From: Desulfobacterales bacterium | GTDB lineage: Bacteria > Desulfobacterota > Desulfobacteria > Desulfobacterales > SURF-7 | Assembly: GCA_028277765.1 (NCBI GenBank) | Contig: JANQFQ010000126.1 | Coordinates: 30,165-94,164 of the forward strand | Reading direction: 5' to 3' | Length of the DNA: 64,000 nt | Shown here: positions 41,995 to 51,253 of the stretch, piece by piece | How positions within the stretch are numbered: position 1 is the first letter of the stretch | Layout: every line of letters starts with the position of its first letter | The notes under the pieces: model-generated | Told to the model about the DNA's origin: nothing | Database searches by the model: none | Seen by the model: the letters and a program-made list of their open reading frames with translations, nothing else | Position numbers and translations under genes: made by a program

Positions 41995-43092
41995 GTGTCG
42001 TTTTCAGAAATTTATATTGATTGTGATGTGGCTGACACAGATGCTGTAAAAACGATTAAAACCCGTCTTGATATGCCATTAACCATCGTGGATGATGTCC
42101 GCAGCGTATATAGCCTTGTGGCGTCTTCACAGGATCCGGTTAGTAAGGGAAAAGAGATCCTTTTTCTTACGAAAAACAGGGGCACTTTTATTAAAAACTG
42201 TCCAGGTACCCGTTCATATAGGTGCTGTGGATATAAGATTCTTCATATCGGTACCTTCTGTACCATGGACTGTGCCTACTGTATCTTACAGGCATATTTT
42301 CATCCGCCTTTGACACAGCTTTACGTTAACCATGATGATTTGATGGATGAACTTGGGAACCTGTTCACCCAAAACAGCATCAGCAGGGTAGGTACCGGGG
42401 AATTTACCGACAGCCTAATTTGGGAACCTTTTACAGATCTTCCTGCTGTGCTGGTGTCAGAATTTGCGGAACAGACAAAAGCGGTTCTGGAATTAAAGAC
42501 TAAGACCGTTAATGTAAAAGATCTTCAGCATATCACGCATAATCAAAAAACCATCATCTCCTGGTCACTCAATACAAACAGAATCGTTGAAAGAGAAGAG
42601 AGAGGGACAGCATCACTCTCAGAAAGATTAACGGCAGCTGCGGCATGTGAGTCCTGGGGATATAAGCTTGCGTTCCATTTTGATCCGGTGTTTATCTATG
42701 ATGGATGCGAAGATGACTACCAAGAGGTTATTGAACAGATGATTGCTGCTGTTTCTCCTGAAAGTATTGTGTGGATCAGTATCGGTTCTTTCCGGTATAT
42801 GCCGGACCTGAAACCGATTATACAAGAGCGTTTCCCTGAAAGTAAAATCGTCTATGGTGAATTTATAACCGGCCTTGATAATAAAATGAGGTATTTTAAG
42901 CCACTCCGTCTGAAGCTTTACCAGAAAATGGTATGCTGGATAAAAGAGTTGGCCCCGGAGGTTCTGGTCTATTTCTGTATGGAAGATGATGAGATCTGGA
43001 AAAAAAGCATCGGTTTCAAACCGTCAGACAAAGACGGCCTCCCCAGGATGCTCGACAAGAGTGCTGCAAAGCACTGCGGCCTGAAAATTTAA
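41995..43092 (+). CDS. Spore photoproduct lyase-like radical SAM protein
   Basis: CTMDCAYC CxxxCxxC motif, GEFTDSL, ELKTK, SWSLN, ERGTASLSERL, FHFDP, YFCME. Confidence 0.82.
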   Translation: MSFSEIYIDCDVADTDAVKTIKTRLDMPLTIVDDVRSVYSLVASSQDPVSKGKEILFLTKNRGTFIKNCPGTRSYRCCGYKILHIGTFCTMDCAYCILQAYFHPPLTQLYVNHDDLMDELGNLFTQNSISRVGTGEFTDSLIWEPFTDLPAVLVSEFAEQTKAVLELKTKTVNVKDLQHITHNQKTIISWSLNTNRIVEREERGTASLSERLTAAAACESWGYKLAFHFDPVFIYDGCEDDYQEVIEQMIAAVSPESIVWISIGSFRYMPDLKPIIQERFPESKIVYGEFITGLDNKMRYFKPLRLKLYQKMVCWIKELAPEVLVYFCMEDDEIWKKSIGFKPSDKDGLPRMLDKSAAKHCGLKI

Positions 43093-43109
43093 ATAACCAT
43101 TATATTAAT

Positions 43110-43817
43110 ATGTCTAACTTGAAATTGATACGCGCCTTCAATCCACTCAGACCTCAGATCTCAGTCCTCAGTACTTTTTTGAGAAATATAACAGTGATTG
43201 TTCTGTTTATCCTTTGTTGTCATCTGTCTTATGCAAAAGAAATCCGTTTAAGGGTCAAATATGTCATAGACGGCGACACCATTGTCCTATCAAATGATCG
43301 CCACATAAGGTACATTGGTATTAACACGCCCGAAGTTGAACGTAAGGGGAAACATCCACAAAAAGGCGAACCGAATGGAAAGGAGGCTAAGGTTTATAAT
43401 AAAAAGATCGTGCTCGGTAAAACCGTGCGTCTTGAGTTAGACCAGAAAAAAGAAGATCAATACGGTCGTTCGCTGGCTTATGTCTTCCTTGAAAACAACA
43501 GGTTTGTCAATCTTGAGATGCTGGAAAAAGGGTACGCTTTCTTTATTCAAGGAAAGAAAAATAAAAAATACAGTGCTGAACTGCTGAAGGCCCAGCAGAG
43601 AGCCATGATGAAGAAAACAGGGATGTGGAAGGGATGGCGGATTAAAACCAGGACCTATATCGGGAATGTAAATTCAAAACGATTCCATGAAAGAGAGTGC
43701 CAGTTTGGGAAAAGGATTAACAAGAAAAAAATAAAAGTATTTACAAACCAATGGGATGCTTTCTGGAATGGGTATGCGCCGTGTAAGAAGTGTCTGGGGA
43801 ACAAAGCTAGATACTAG
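43110..43817 (+). CDS. Thermonuclease (SNase) family protein with C-terminal Ada-like Zn-binding domain
   Basis: VIDGDT, IRYIGINTPE, DQYGRSLAYV; C-terminal FHEREC...GYAPCKKC; exact start uncertain. Confidence 0.85.
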   Translation: MSNLKLIRAFNPLRPQISVLSTFLRNITVIVLFILCCHLSYAKEIRLRVKYVIDGDTIVLSNDRHIRYIGINTPEVERKGKHPQKGEPNGKEAKVYNKKIVLGKTVRLELDQKKEDQYGRSLAYVFLENNRFVNLEMLEKGYAFFIQGKKNKKYSAELLKAQQRAMMKKTGMWKGWRIKTRTYIGNVNSKRFHERECQFGKRINKKKIKVFTNQWDAFWNGYAPCKKCLGNKARY

Positions 43818-43890
43818 ATAGCTGGTCGTAGTGAAACCACGCGGAGCCTTAAAAGCGTAGATCCCGTTTCTTTTTAGCGGGGATGGTGGT
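43805..43890 (-). repeat. Dispersed hairpin+heptamer repeat, copy A
   Basis: 43853-43881 is the exact 29-bp reverse complement of 52683-52711. Confidence 0.85.
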
Positions 43891-43910
43891 AACAGTGCTA
43901 GGGAGATAAT

Positions 43911-45032
43911 ATGGATAAAAAAGAATGGAAATCTTATAAAGACCTCTCATTTTTTCGCTGGTTTCCTGGCATACCATTCATTCTGATGGGGCTGTTTGCG
44001 ATTTGCAGCCCTATTATTTGTCCCATCCCCATGGCCGGCTCAGGTGAACCGACTCCTCCCCTGGTGATTGTAACTTTTGGTTTATTATCCACTATTGTTG
44101 GAGCATTGATATTTGGCTGGCGCCAGGAAACAGGGATCAATCTCATTCAAGGGACGGTTAGCAAGTGGTGGGGAATCTTCAGGCCCTGGCGTACATCTGT
44201 GTACTACATTAAAGATTTTGACAAGATAACGATCCGACGTGAAGTGAGTGGCGACAGTGAAGGCAAAACAAGGGTTTTTCCTGTGGCGCTTGAGGGGAAT
44301 GAGCAGGTTGTTCTTGAATTGTCAGGAGACACCCTAAGTGCCCGAAAGTTGGCTAAAGATATTGCCCTTTTGCTGCGCCTGGACATATACGATCATTGCA
44401 GCAGAGATGTGGTCATCCGTGAATATGCTACTCTGGGAAAACAATTTATCCAAAGGCTTGATATCACAGACAGAACAACTGAATTAAAACCGCCCCCTGC
44501 CAGGAGTAATTGTACAGTACATAGAAAAGGTAATACCGTGCATATCAATATCCCTTCTATTGGGATTAGCTGGCAAATGATGATACCAGTTGGTGCCCTT
44601 GTTTTTATCCTTATTATTGCCTGGATGATTTTCCGTCCTGAACCACCAGCACCTGATGATCCACCTGGCTGGCAAGAAATCATGGTCTGGGGCAGCCGTG
44701 GCATATTGGTCTTAGCCGCAGTGTTTGGTTTCCGTTTTTTAATAGCACCGGCATTGCAGGATGGCTTTCGCTGTGAACATTTAGCCATATCCCCTGAGGG
44801 GATCCTATTTACTCGCCGTTTTATTTTTCGCTCTTGTAAAGAGATAGACATTAATGATGTAGATGAATTAATCGTTGAGCATCAGGCTGTTAAAAGATTA
44901 CACCAGTTATCGATGGATGTTTACAGACTATCGATCCGCTCTGATGCAGATGAAATGATTGTTGCCGCAGGACATCCAAAAGAAGAGCTACACTGGCTTG
45001 AGACGATGCTAAAAACGCTAATGTCACAGTAA
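43911..45032 (+). CDS. Hypothetical membrane protein
   Basis: 373-aa ORF with GGGAG RBS; two TM hairpins, each followed by a beta-rich soluble domain. Confidence 0.65.
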   Translation: MDKKEWKSYKDLSFFRWFPGIPFILMGLFAICSPIICPIPMAGSGEPTPPLVIVTFGLLSTIVGALIFGWRQETGINLIQGTVSKWWGIFRPWRTSVYYIKDFDKITIRREVSGDSEGKTRVFPVALEGNEQVVLELSGDTLSARKLAKDIALLLRLDIYDHCSRDVVIREYATLGKQFIQRLDITDRTTELKPPPARSNCTVHRKGNTVHINIPSIGISWQMMIPVGALVFILIIAWMIFRPEPPAPDDPPGWQEIMVWGSRGILVLAAVFGFRFLIAPALQDGFRCEHLAISPEGILFTRRFIFRSCKEIDINDVDELIVEHQAVKRLHQLSMDVYRLSIRSDADEMIVAAGHPKEELHWLETMLKTLMSQ

Positions 45033-45194
45033 ATATCCTGGTTCGGAGAACCAGACTTTAAGTTATCCCTAACAGGAGGTTGTTTATAAATACTTGCGCT
45101 GAAAATCCGAAATTCGAACAAATTCAGGTAGAAGGGTAAAACAGTAAAGGTTATAGGAACCCAGGTTATATAGGACCAGGTTTTAAAACCGAAT

Positions 45195-45230
45195 AAAAAA
45201 ACCGATTCTCCATAAGAGAACCGGTTTTTT
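45195..45230. terminator. Bidirectional rho-independent terminator
   Basis: A-tract, CCGATTCTC/GAGAACCGG stem, T-tract between convergent genes. Confidence 0.75.
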
Positions 45231-45263
45231 AATCTAAAGGTTGCCAGAAGAGGCGGTCGTGAG

Positions 45264-47354
45264 TTATTCCTCTTCTTTTTGCTGCTTGTACGACTCGATA
45301 ATTTTTTCTTGTAATTCATGGGGTACCGGCTCATAATGTGAAAAGGACTGTTTGTGCCATCCTTTGCCCTGTGTCATGATGCGGAGGGTAATGCCGTATT
45401 GATGAAGATCGACCAGCGGGACCTGGGCTTTGACAATCTGGATGGCTCCTTCTGAATCCATGCCCTGGACCTTGCCTCGCCGGGTGGAGATATCGCCCAT
45501 GACATCTCCCATAAATTCTTCAGGGACATTTACTTCTAAATTGTATATTGGTTCAAGAATAATCGGGCTCGCGTTCAGGAAACATTCCTTGAAAGCACCT
45601 TTACCAGCGATCTGAAAGGCGATGTCTTTTGAGTCAACTGGATGCATCTTGCCGTCATAAAACGTCGCTTTCACATCAGTGACACGGCATCCGATGACGA
45701 CCCCTTCATTAACTACAGCGTTTACGCCTTTTTCAACTGACGGCACAAATACCCGGTCAACATTCTGCCCCACAAGCGTATCCTCAAACTGTATGCCTTC
45801 CCCCCGGCTCAGCGGTTCCACAAACATCCAGACCTCAGCAAACTGACCAGCGCCGCCGGACTGCTTTTTATGACGAAATTTTGATTCTCCGCGCTTTGTA
45901 ATGGTTTCCCGATAAGGGACTTTGGGACGCAGTTGGTCAACTTCAACATTGTATATCTGTTTTAACTTGTCGAGTGTAATTTTTATGTGTGTATCGCCCT
46001 GTCCTGTCAGTATGGTCTGTTTGACCTCACCGTCATACATATAGTTAAACGTGGGATCTTCATCAGACAGGGCCTGAAGGCCTGTATTGATTTTATCTTC
46101 ATCAGCCCTTGTTTTGGGTGAGACGGCGATGCGCACAACCGGCTCTGGAAATTCCACGTCAGGATAAACAATTGGTGACTTTGGATCACATAGAGTGTCG
46201 ATCGAATGAGTCTTTTTCAACTTTAACACTGCCCCGATATCACCTGCATTAAGAACGGAAACATCTTTTTTGTTTCTGCCGTTGAGGCAGAATACCTGGC
46301 CGATTTTTTCATTAGATTTTGCTTTGGGATTTAACAGATCCGTTCCAGTATTGATCGAACCGGAAATGACTTTATAAAGGGACATTTCACCTACATGCTG
46401 TTCATTCATTGTTTTAAACACAAAAAGTGATGTGGGTTCTGAATTGCTTATTTCTCTTTCTACTTCATTACCATCATTTTCACCCTTTATCTTGCCGCGG
46501 TCAGCAGGGGAGGGCGCATATTTTACGATCAGGTCCATCATATTGCTGACGCCAATATTATTATAAGCGGATGTGACAAATACAGGGAGAAGACTTTTTG
46601 CAATAATCGCCTGTTTCAAGCCGTTTATCAATTCTTCGTCAGTAAGAGCGCCTTCATCAAAATATTTTTCAAGAAGTTCATCATTGGTCTCTGCCGCGAA
46701 TTCGATGAGTGCCTCCATGGCTTCTTCTGCTTTTCCCTGTAAATCTTCAGGGATGTCAGATTCAGTCGCTTTTCCCTTACCATCCTTTGAGAATGTAACC
46801 ATTTTTTTCCCAATTACATCGATGACACTGTCAAAATTTTCTCCCTGATTAACAGGAATCTGCATGGGAGCCGCTTTTTTGCCAAAGGCATTTTGAACTG
46901 AATCCAAAGCAGTGTTAAAATCAGCATTTTCTTTGTCCAGCATATTGATCACAAAACCGCAGGGCACATTATCTTCATTTGCAAACCGAAAAGCGAGCTC
47001 TGATCCGACTACCGCACCTTCAAGACAGTTTATGGTAATCAGGCTGAGGTCTGCCGCTCTTGTAATTGCCTTTGTTTCACTGATGAAATCAAGGTATCCA
47101 GGGACATCAATGATATTTATTTTACGGTTTGCCCATTCAAGATGCATCAGGGAGGAGGTTACTGAAGATTTTCTAGCAATCTCTTCCTTCCGGTAATCGG
47201 ACGTTGTTGATCCTTCATTAATTCTGCCCAGACGGCTAATTTCTCCTGCTGCAAAAAGCATAGCTTCGCTTAATGATGTTTTACCGGTTGAAGCATGCCC
47301 AAGAAGGGAGATATTCCTTATATCCTCTGTGTTGTAATCTTTCATAACATTCAT
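45264..47354 (-). CDS. fusA: Elongation factor G paralog (EF-G2/FusA2-like)
   Basis: Five-domain EF-G architecture, KKQSGGAGQF, HPVDS, ILEPI; divergent G motifs; not in the str operon. Confidence 0.9.
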   Translation of the reverse strand: MNVMKDYNTEDIRNISLLGHASTGKTSLSEAMLFAAGEISRLGRINEGSTTSDYRKEEIARKSSVTSSLMHLEWANRKINIIDVPGYLDFISETKAITRAADLSLITINCLEGAVVGSELAFRFANEDNVPCGFVINMLDKENADFNTALDSVQNAFGKKAAPMQIPVNQGENFDSVIDVIGKKMVTFSKDGKGKATESDIPEDLQGKAEEAMEALIEFAAETNDELLEKYFDEGALTDEELINGLKQAIIAKSLLPVFVTSAYNNIGVSNMMDLIVKYAPSPADRGKIKGENDGNEVEREISNSEPTSLFVFKTMNEQHVGEMSLYKVISGSINTGTDLLNPKAKSNEKIGQVFCLNGRNKKDVSVLNAGDIGAVLKLKKTHSIDTLCDPKSPIVYPDVEFPEPVVRIAVSPKTRADEDKINTGLQALSDEDPTFNYMYDGEVKQTILTGQGDTHIKITLDKLKQIYNVEVDQLRPKVPYRETITKRGESKFRHKKQSGGAGQFAEVWMFVEPLSRGEGIQFEDTLVGQNVDRVFVPSVEKGVNAVVNEGVVIGCRVTDVKATFYDGKMHPVDSKDIAFQIAGKGAFKECFLNASPIILEPIYNLEVNVPEEFMGDVMGDISTRRGKVQGMDSEGAIQIVKAQVPLVDLHQYGITLRIMTQGKGWHKQSFSHYEPVPHELQEKIIESYKQQKEEE

Positions 47355-47460
47355 CCTTTTATATAGAAAAATAAGTTAGTTATGTGCATCAGAGCTTAAA
47401 AGTAATGAAATATATATGTTTCATATTAAAAAATCAACACTATCTTTCACAAAGCTGATA

Positions 47461-48216
47461 TTATTTATGAAAATTCAGTAATACAAAGAATTCTCTATTC
47501 CCTTTTGGGCCGAGAATGGGAGATTCAACGGCAGGTTCAGGCAGAAGGCCGTTTTCCGAGAAAAATTGTGAAAGGTTCTGGATAACCGCATCATGCAGTG
47601 CCGGATCACGCACTACACCCCCTTTTCCCACCTTACCCTTACCGACTTCAAACTGGGGTTTGATCAACGCGAGTATTTTGCCAGGATTTTTCATGAATTT
47701 AGTCACCGCAGGGACAACGATTTTAAGCGAAATAAAGGAAACATCGATGACAGACAGGTCAACAGGGGAGGGGATTTCTTTAAGTGGTAAGTGCCGGATG
47801 TTTGTTCTTTCAAAAATAACGACTCTGGGATCCTGACGTATTTTCCACGCCAGCTGTCCGTAGCCCACGTCAACGGCGAAAACACGTTCAGCGCCGTTTT
47901 GAAGAAGACAGTCGGTGAAACCGCCGGTTGATGCTCCCACATCAAGGCAGATCATGCTGGTAGGATCGATGTTATAGGTATCCAGTGCATGAAACAGTTT
48001 GATGCCGCCCCGGCTGACATACGGTATGTCATCACCTTTAATTAAAATATCTGATGCATGAATGCCAGTATCGATTAATGTGCCGGGTTTATCTATGACA
48101 CAGTTATTTACAAGTACTTTGCCAGCCATAATCATGGCGCGGGCGCGCTGCCGGCTTTTAACAAGACCGAGTTCGGATATGAGTAGATCAAGCCGTTTTT
48201 TTGGAGGTGCTGACAT
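47461..48216 (-). CDS. tlyA: TlyA-family rRNA 2'-O-methyltransferase
   Basis: S4 domain, YVSRGG.KL, DVGASTGGFTD, DVSFISL, LIKPQFE, GPKGNREF. Confidence 0.95.
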   Translation of the reverse strand: MSAPPKKRLDLLISELGLVKSRQRARAMIMAGKVLVNNCVIDKPGTLIDTGIHASDILIKGDDIPYVSRGGIKLFHALDTYNIDPTSMICLDVGASTGGFTDCLLQNGAERVFAVDVGYGQLAWKIRQDPRVVIFERTNIRHLPLKEIPSPVDLSVIDVSFISLKIVVPAVTKFMKNPGKILALIKPQFEVGKGKVGKGGVVRDPALHDAVIQNLSQFFSENGLLPEPAVESPILGPKGNREFFVLLNFHK

Positions 48217-50098
48217 TATTTTCAGAGCTGGAAATCAGTTTAACGGCAGCATCGGTAATGGCAGATGAATCAATGCCGTATTTTGATCGTAGGACAGACT
48301 GGGGCCCATGTTCGACAAAAAGGTCTGGGATACCGAGTCGTTTTATGGAAAAATCAGTAATATTATTTTCAACAAGGGTTTCAAGGACGGCGCTTCCAAA
48401 CCCGCCATGCAGAACGTGCTCTTCAACAGTGATAATCCGTTTGATTGATTCAGCCAGCGGACAGATAAGGTCCGTATCAATAGGTTTAACAAAGCGGCAG
48501 TTCACAACTGTCGCAGAAATGCCTTGTTTTTTTAGTATGGTTTGCGCGTTTAGCGATTCACACACGGTTCTGCCTACAGCAAGAATCAGGATATCACCCC
48601 CTGCACTTAAAACTTCGCCTTTACCGATGGTCAAAGGTAGAATATCATCAGACAATTCAATCCCTGTTCCTTTTCCCCTTGGATATCTGACAGCAATAGG
48701 TCCGTTATGGTCAATGGCGGTTCTTAGCATCCTTTGGAACTCATTTTCATCTTTAGGGGCCATGACCGTCATATTCGGCAGACTCCGTAAATAAGAAAAA
48801 TCAAAAAGGCCGTTATGGGTAGGACCGTCTTCACCGACGATGCCGCCCCTGTCAAGCGCAAACACAACCGGAAGCGCTTCAAGGCAGACGTCATGAAGGA
48901 TCTGGTCATAAGCGCGCTGGAGAAAAGTTGAATATATGGCAACAACCGGTTTGAGCCCTTCAGAGGCCATTCCTGCGGCAAATGTGACACCATGTTGTTC
49001 TGCTATACCCACATCAAAAAAACGGTCAGGATACTTTTCAGCGAACTCAACAAGACCGGTTCCTTCGGGCATGGCTGCTGTGACAGCGATGATATCTTTA
49101 TCTTTTTCAGCCATGTCAATTAATGTATTACCAAAAACTTCAGTATAGGTGGGTATATTATCACTTGCCGGCAGACAGCATCCGGTCTGTACTTCAAAAC
49201 AGCCAACGCCATGAAAATAAACTGGATTCTCTTCAGCTGGCTGATATCCTTTCCCTTTTGTTGTTCTGACATGAAGGAGAACCGGTTCCTGAAGGGTTTT
49301 TATATTTTCCAATATATTGATGAGGTGCTCAAGGTTGTGACCGTTTATGGGGCCGAAATAGTCAAAATTGAATGCTTCGATCAGCATGCCGGGTGTGACA
49401 AAGGTCTTAAATGAATCCTCGGACCTTTTAGCGATCTGGTAGATATCATCTCCAACCTTGGGGAGTGATTTCAGGAACACTTTTAAATCTTTTCTTAAGT
49501 CCTGAAGGTACTTTGCTGAAAACTTGCGGCTGAGAAAGGATGACAGGGCACCTACATTGGGTGAAATCGACATATCATTATCATTCAGGATAACGATCAG
49601 GTCCTTGTTCAGGTCACCAGCCTGGTTTAATCCCTCATACGCCAGGCCGGCTGTCATTGAACCGTCTCCAATGACAGCGATAATCTTCGATGGATCATTT
49701 AAGATACTTTTCGCGCATGACATGCCAAGGGCCGCTGATATGGATGTGCCACTGTGGCCGGTTGAAAAGGAATCACATGAGTTTTCACTCCTTTTAACAA
49801 AGCCGGATAATCCATAATGTTTTCGGAGTGTGTGGAACTGATCTCTACGACCGGTCAACAGCTTATGTGCGTATGTCTGGTGTCCAACATCCCAGACAAT
49901 ATTGTCATCTGGTGCGTCAAAAACATAATGGATCGCTATGGTAAGTTCAACAACACCAAGGCTGGACGCAAGATGCCCCCCGTTTTTTGACACAACATTG
50001 ACGATAATTTCCCGTATTTCCTGCGCGAGTATTGGCAGCTCGGATAGTGTCAATTTTTTTAAATCTGCAGGGGAATTTATTGTTTCCAGCAAACTCAA
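48188..50098 (-). CDS. dxs: 1-deoxy-D-xylulose-5-phosphate synthase
   Basis: GGHLASSLG, WDVGHQ, GDGSMTAG, IAEQH, YSTFLQRAYDQ, DGPTH. Confidence 0.98.
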   Translation of the reverse strand: MSLLETINSPADLKKLTLSELPILAQEIREIIVNVVSKNGGHLASSLGVVELTIAIHYVFDAPDDNIVWDVGHQTYAHKLLTGRRDQFHTLRKHYGLSGFVKRSENSCDSFSTGHSGTSISAALGMSCAKSILNDPSKIIAVIGDGSMTAGLAYEGLNQAGDLNKDLIVILNDNDMSISPNVGALSSFLSRKFSAKYLQDLRKDLKVFLKSLPKVGDDIYQIAKRSEDSFKTFVTPGMLIEAFNFDYFGPINGHNLEHLINILENIKTLQEPVLLHVRTTKGKGYQPAEENPVYFHGVGCFEVQTGCCLPASDNIPTYTEVFGNTLIDMAEKDKDIIAVTAAMPEGTGLVEFAEKYPDRFFDVGIAEQHGVTFAAGMASEGLKPVVAIYSTFLQRAYDQILHDVCLEALPVVFALDRGGIVGEDGPTHNGLFDFSYLRSLPNMTVMAPKDENEFQRMLRTAIDHNGPIAVRYPRGKGTGIELSDDILPLTIGKGEVLSAGGDILILAVGRTVCESLNAQTILKKQGISATVVNCRFVKPIDTDLICPLAESIKRIITVEEHVLHGGFGSAVLETLVENNITDFSIKRLGIPDLFVEHGPQSVLRSKYGIDSSAITDAAVKLISSSENNVSTSKKTA

Positions 50099-50116
50099 GT
50101 GATTAAGACTCCATAT

Positions 50117-51007
50117 TTATCTTTTTCTATGCAGGATATATTGAGCAATCGATCTTAAAGGATCAGCTCTATGATCAAAATGACTTATCACATCAAGGGC
50201 ATTGTTAACAAGCTTTTCAGCAAGTTTTTTTGATTTATCAATTCCAATGAGAGAAGGGTAGGTCATTTTTCCGCGTTCCATGTCTGTACCTGCTGATTTA
50301 CCCATTATTTCAGGATCACCCTCTACATTTAAAATGTCGTCTGTTACCTGAAAGGCAAGACCGATATTCTCTGCGTAAGATTGCAGGTTTTCAACCTTTT
50401 CTGTTTCAGCGCCTCCTAAAACTGCGCCCGTGCAGACCGAAGCCTCTATTAGCACACCCGTCTTTAACCGGTGAAGCTTTTCAAGGTCATCAAAGGAGAG
50501 TTGTTTTCCTTCTGCTTCTATATCATCCATCTGTCCCTGTATCATCCCCTGATAACCGGCAGCAACGGAAACTCTATTCACAATATCAAGATGTTTGCTA
50601 CTATTATTTTCAGACATAGTTTCAGGAGAAGAGAGGATCTGAAAAGCCAAGGTCAGCAGTGCATCTCCAGCAAGGATGGCTGTTGCTTCATCAAAGGCGA
50701 TATGGCAGGTCGGTTTTCCCCTGCGAAGGTCATCATTATCCATGGAAGGGAGGTCATCATGTATGAGGGAATAGGTATGAATCATTTCCAGCGCGCAGGC
50801 TTCCCTGATAATGTTGTCTGAATTTCCACAAACAGCTTCTGCTGAAGCAAGGCATAGAACAGGACGCAGCCGTTTACCGCCTGCCATCAGGGAGTACTTC
50901 ATGGCTGAAGCGATACGTGTTGAATTTGTTGAAGAAGAAAGCAGTTCATCAAGACAGATATTTATCTGGTCCCGCTTTTCATCAAAATATTTTTTTAAAT
51001 CGAACAT
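50117..51007 (-). CDS. ispA: Farnesyl/geranylgeranyl diphosphate synthase
   Basis: GGKRLRP, SLIHDDLPSMD, RRGKPT, FQVTDD. Confidence 0.95.
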   Translation of the reverse strand: MFDLKKYFDEKRDQINICLDELLSSSTNSTRIASAMKYSLMAGGKRLRPVLCLASAEAVCGNSDNIIREACALEMIHTYSLIHDDLPSMDNDDLRRGKPTCHIAFDEATAILAGDALLTLAFQILSSPETMSENNSSKHLDIVNRVSVAAGYQGMIQGQMDDIEAEGKQLSFDDLEKLHRLKTGVLIEASVCTGAVLGGAETEKVENLQSYAENIGLAFQVTDDILNVEGDPEIMGKSAGTDMERGKMTYPSLIGIDKSKKLAEKLVNNALDVISHFDHRADPLRSIAQYILHRKR

Positions 51008-51013
51008 TCTTGG

Positions 51014-51253
51014 TTAGTCCAGATCCTCTTCATCAAACGGTTTTTTAATAACCTCTCCATCCTTATCCTTAAGGAGTACAGATACCTTTTTTTCTATTTC
51101 ATCAAGCTTTTTTGAACATATTTTTGAAATATCAACACCTTCTTCAAATTTTTTTAAGGCATCTTCAAGGGGGAGGTCACCGGTTTCTAGATCCTCTACA
51201 ATCTTTTCAAGCTGCTGGATCGATTCCTCAAATGTCTTCTTTTTCTTTGCCAT
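51014..51253 (-). CDS. xseB: Exodeoxyribonuclease VII small subunit
   Basis: FEESIQQLEKIV..LE.GDLPLE.ALK.FEEG. Confidence 0.95.
   Translation of the reverse strand: MAKKKKTFEESIQQLEKIVEDLETGDLPLEDALKKFEEGVDISKICSKKLDEIEKKVSVLLKDKDGEVIKKPFDEEDLD

Noticed and set aside
47461..48216. Hemolysin/virulence factor
   Set aside because: xseA-xseB-ispA-dxs-tlyA is a common housekeeping arrangement, and the motifs are those of an rRNA methyltransferase
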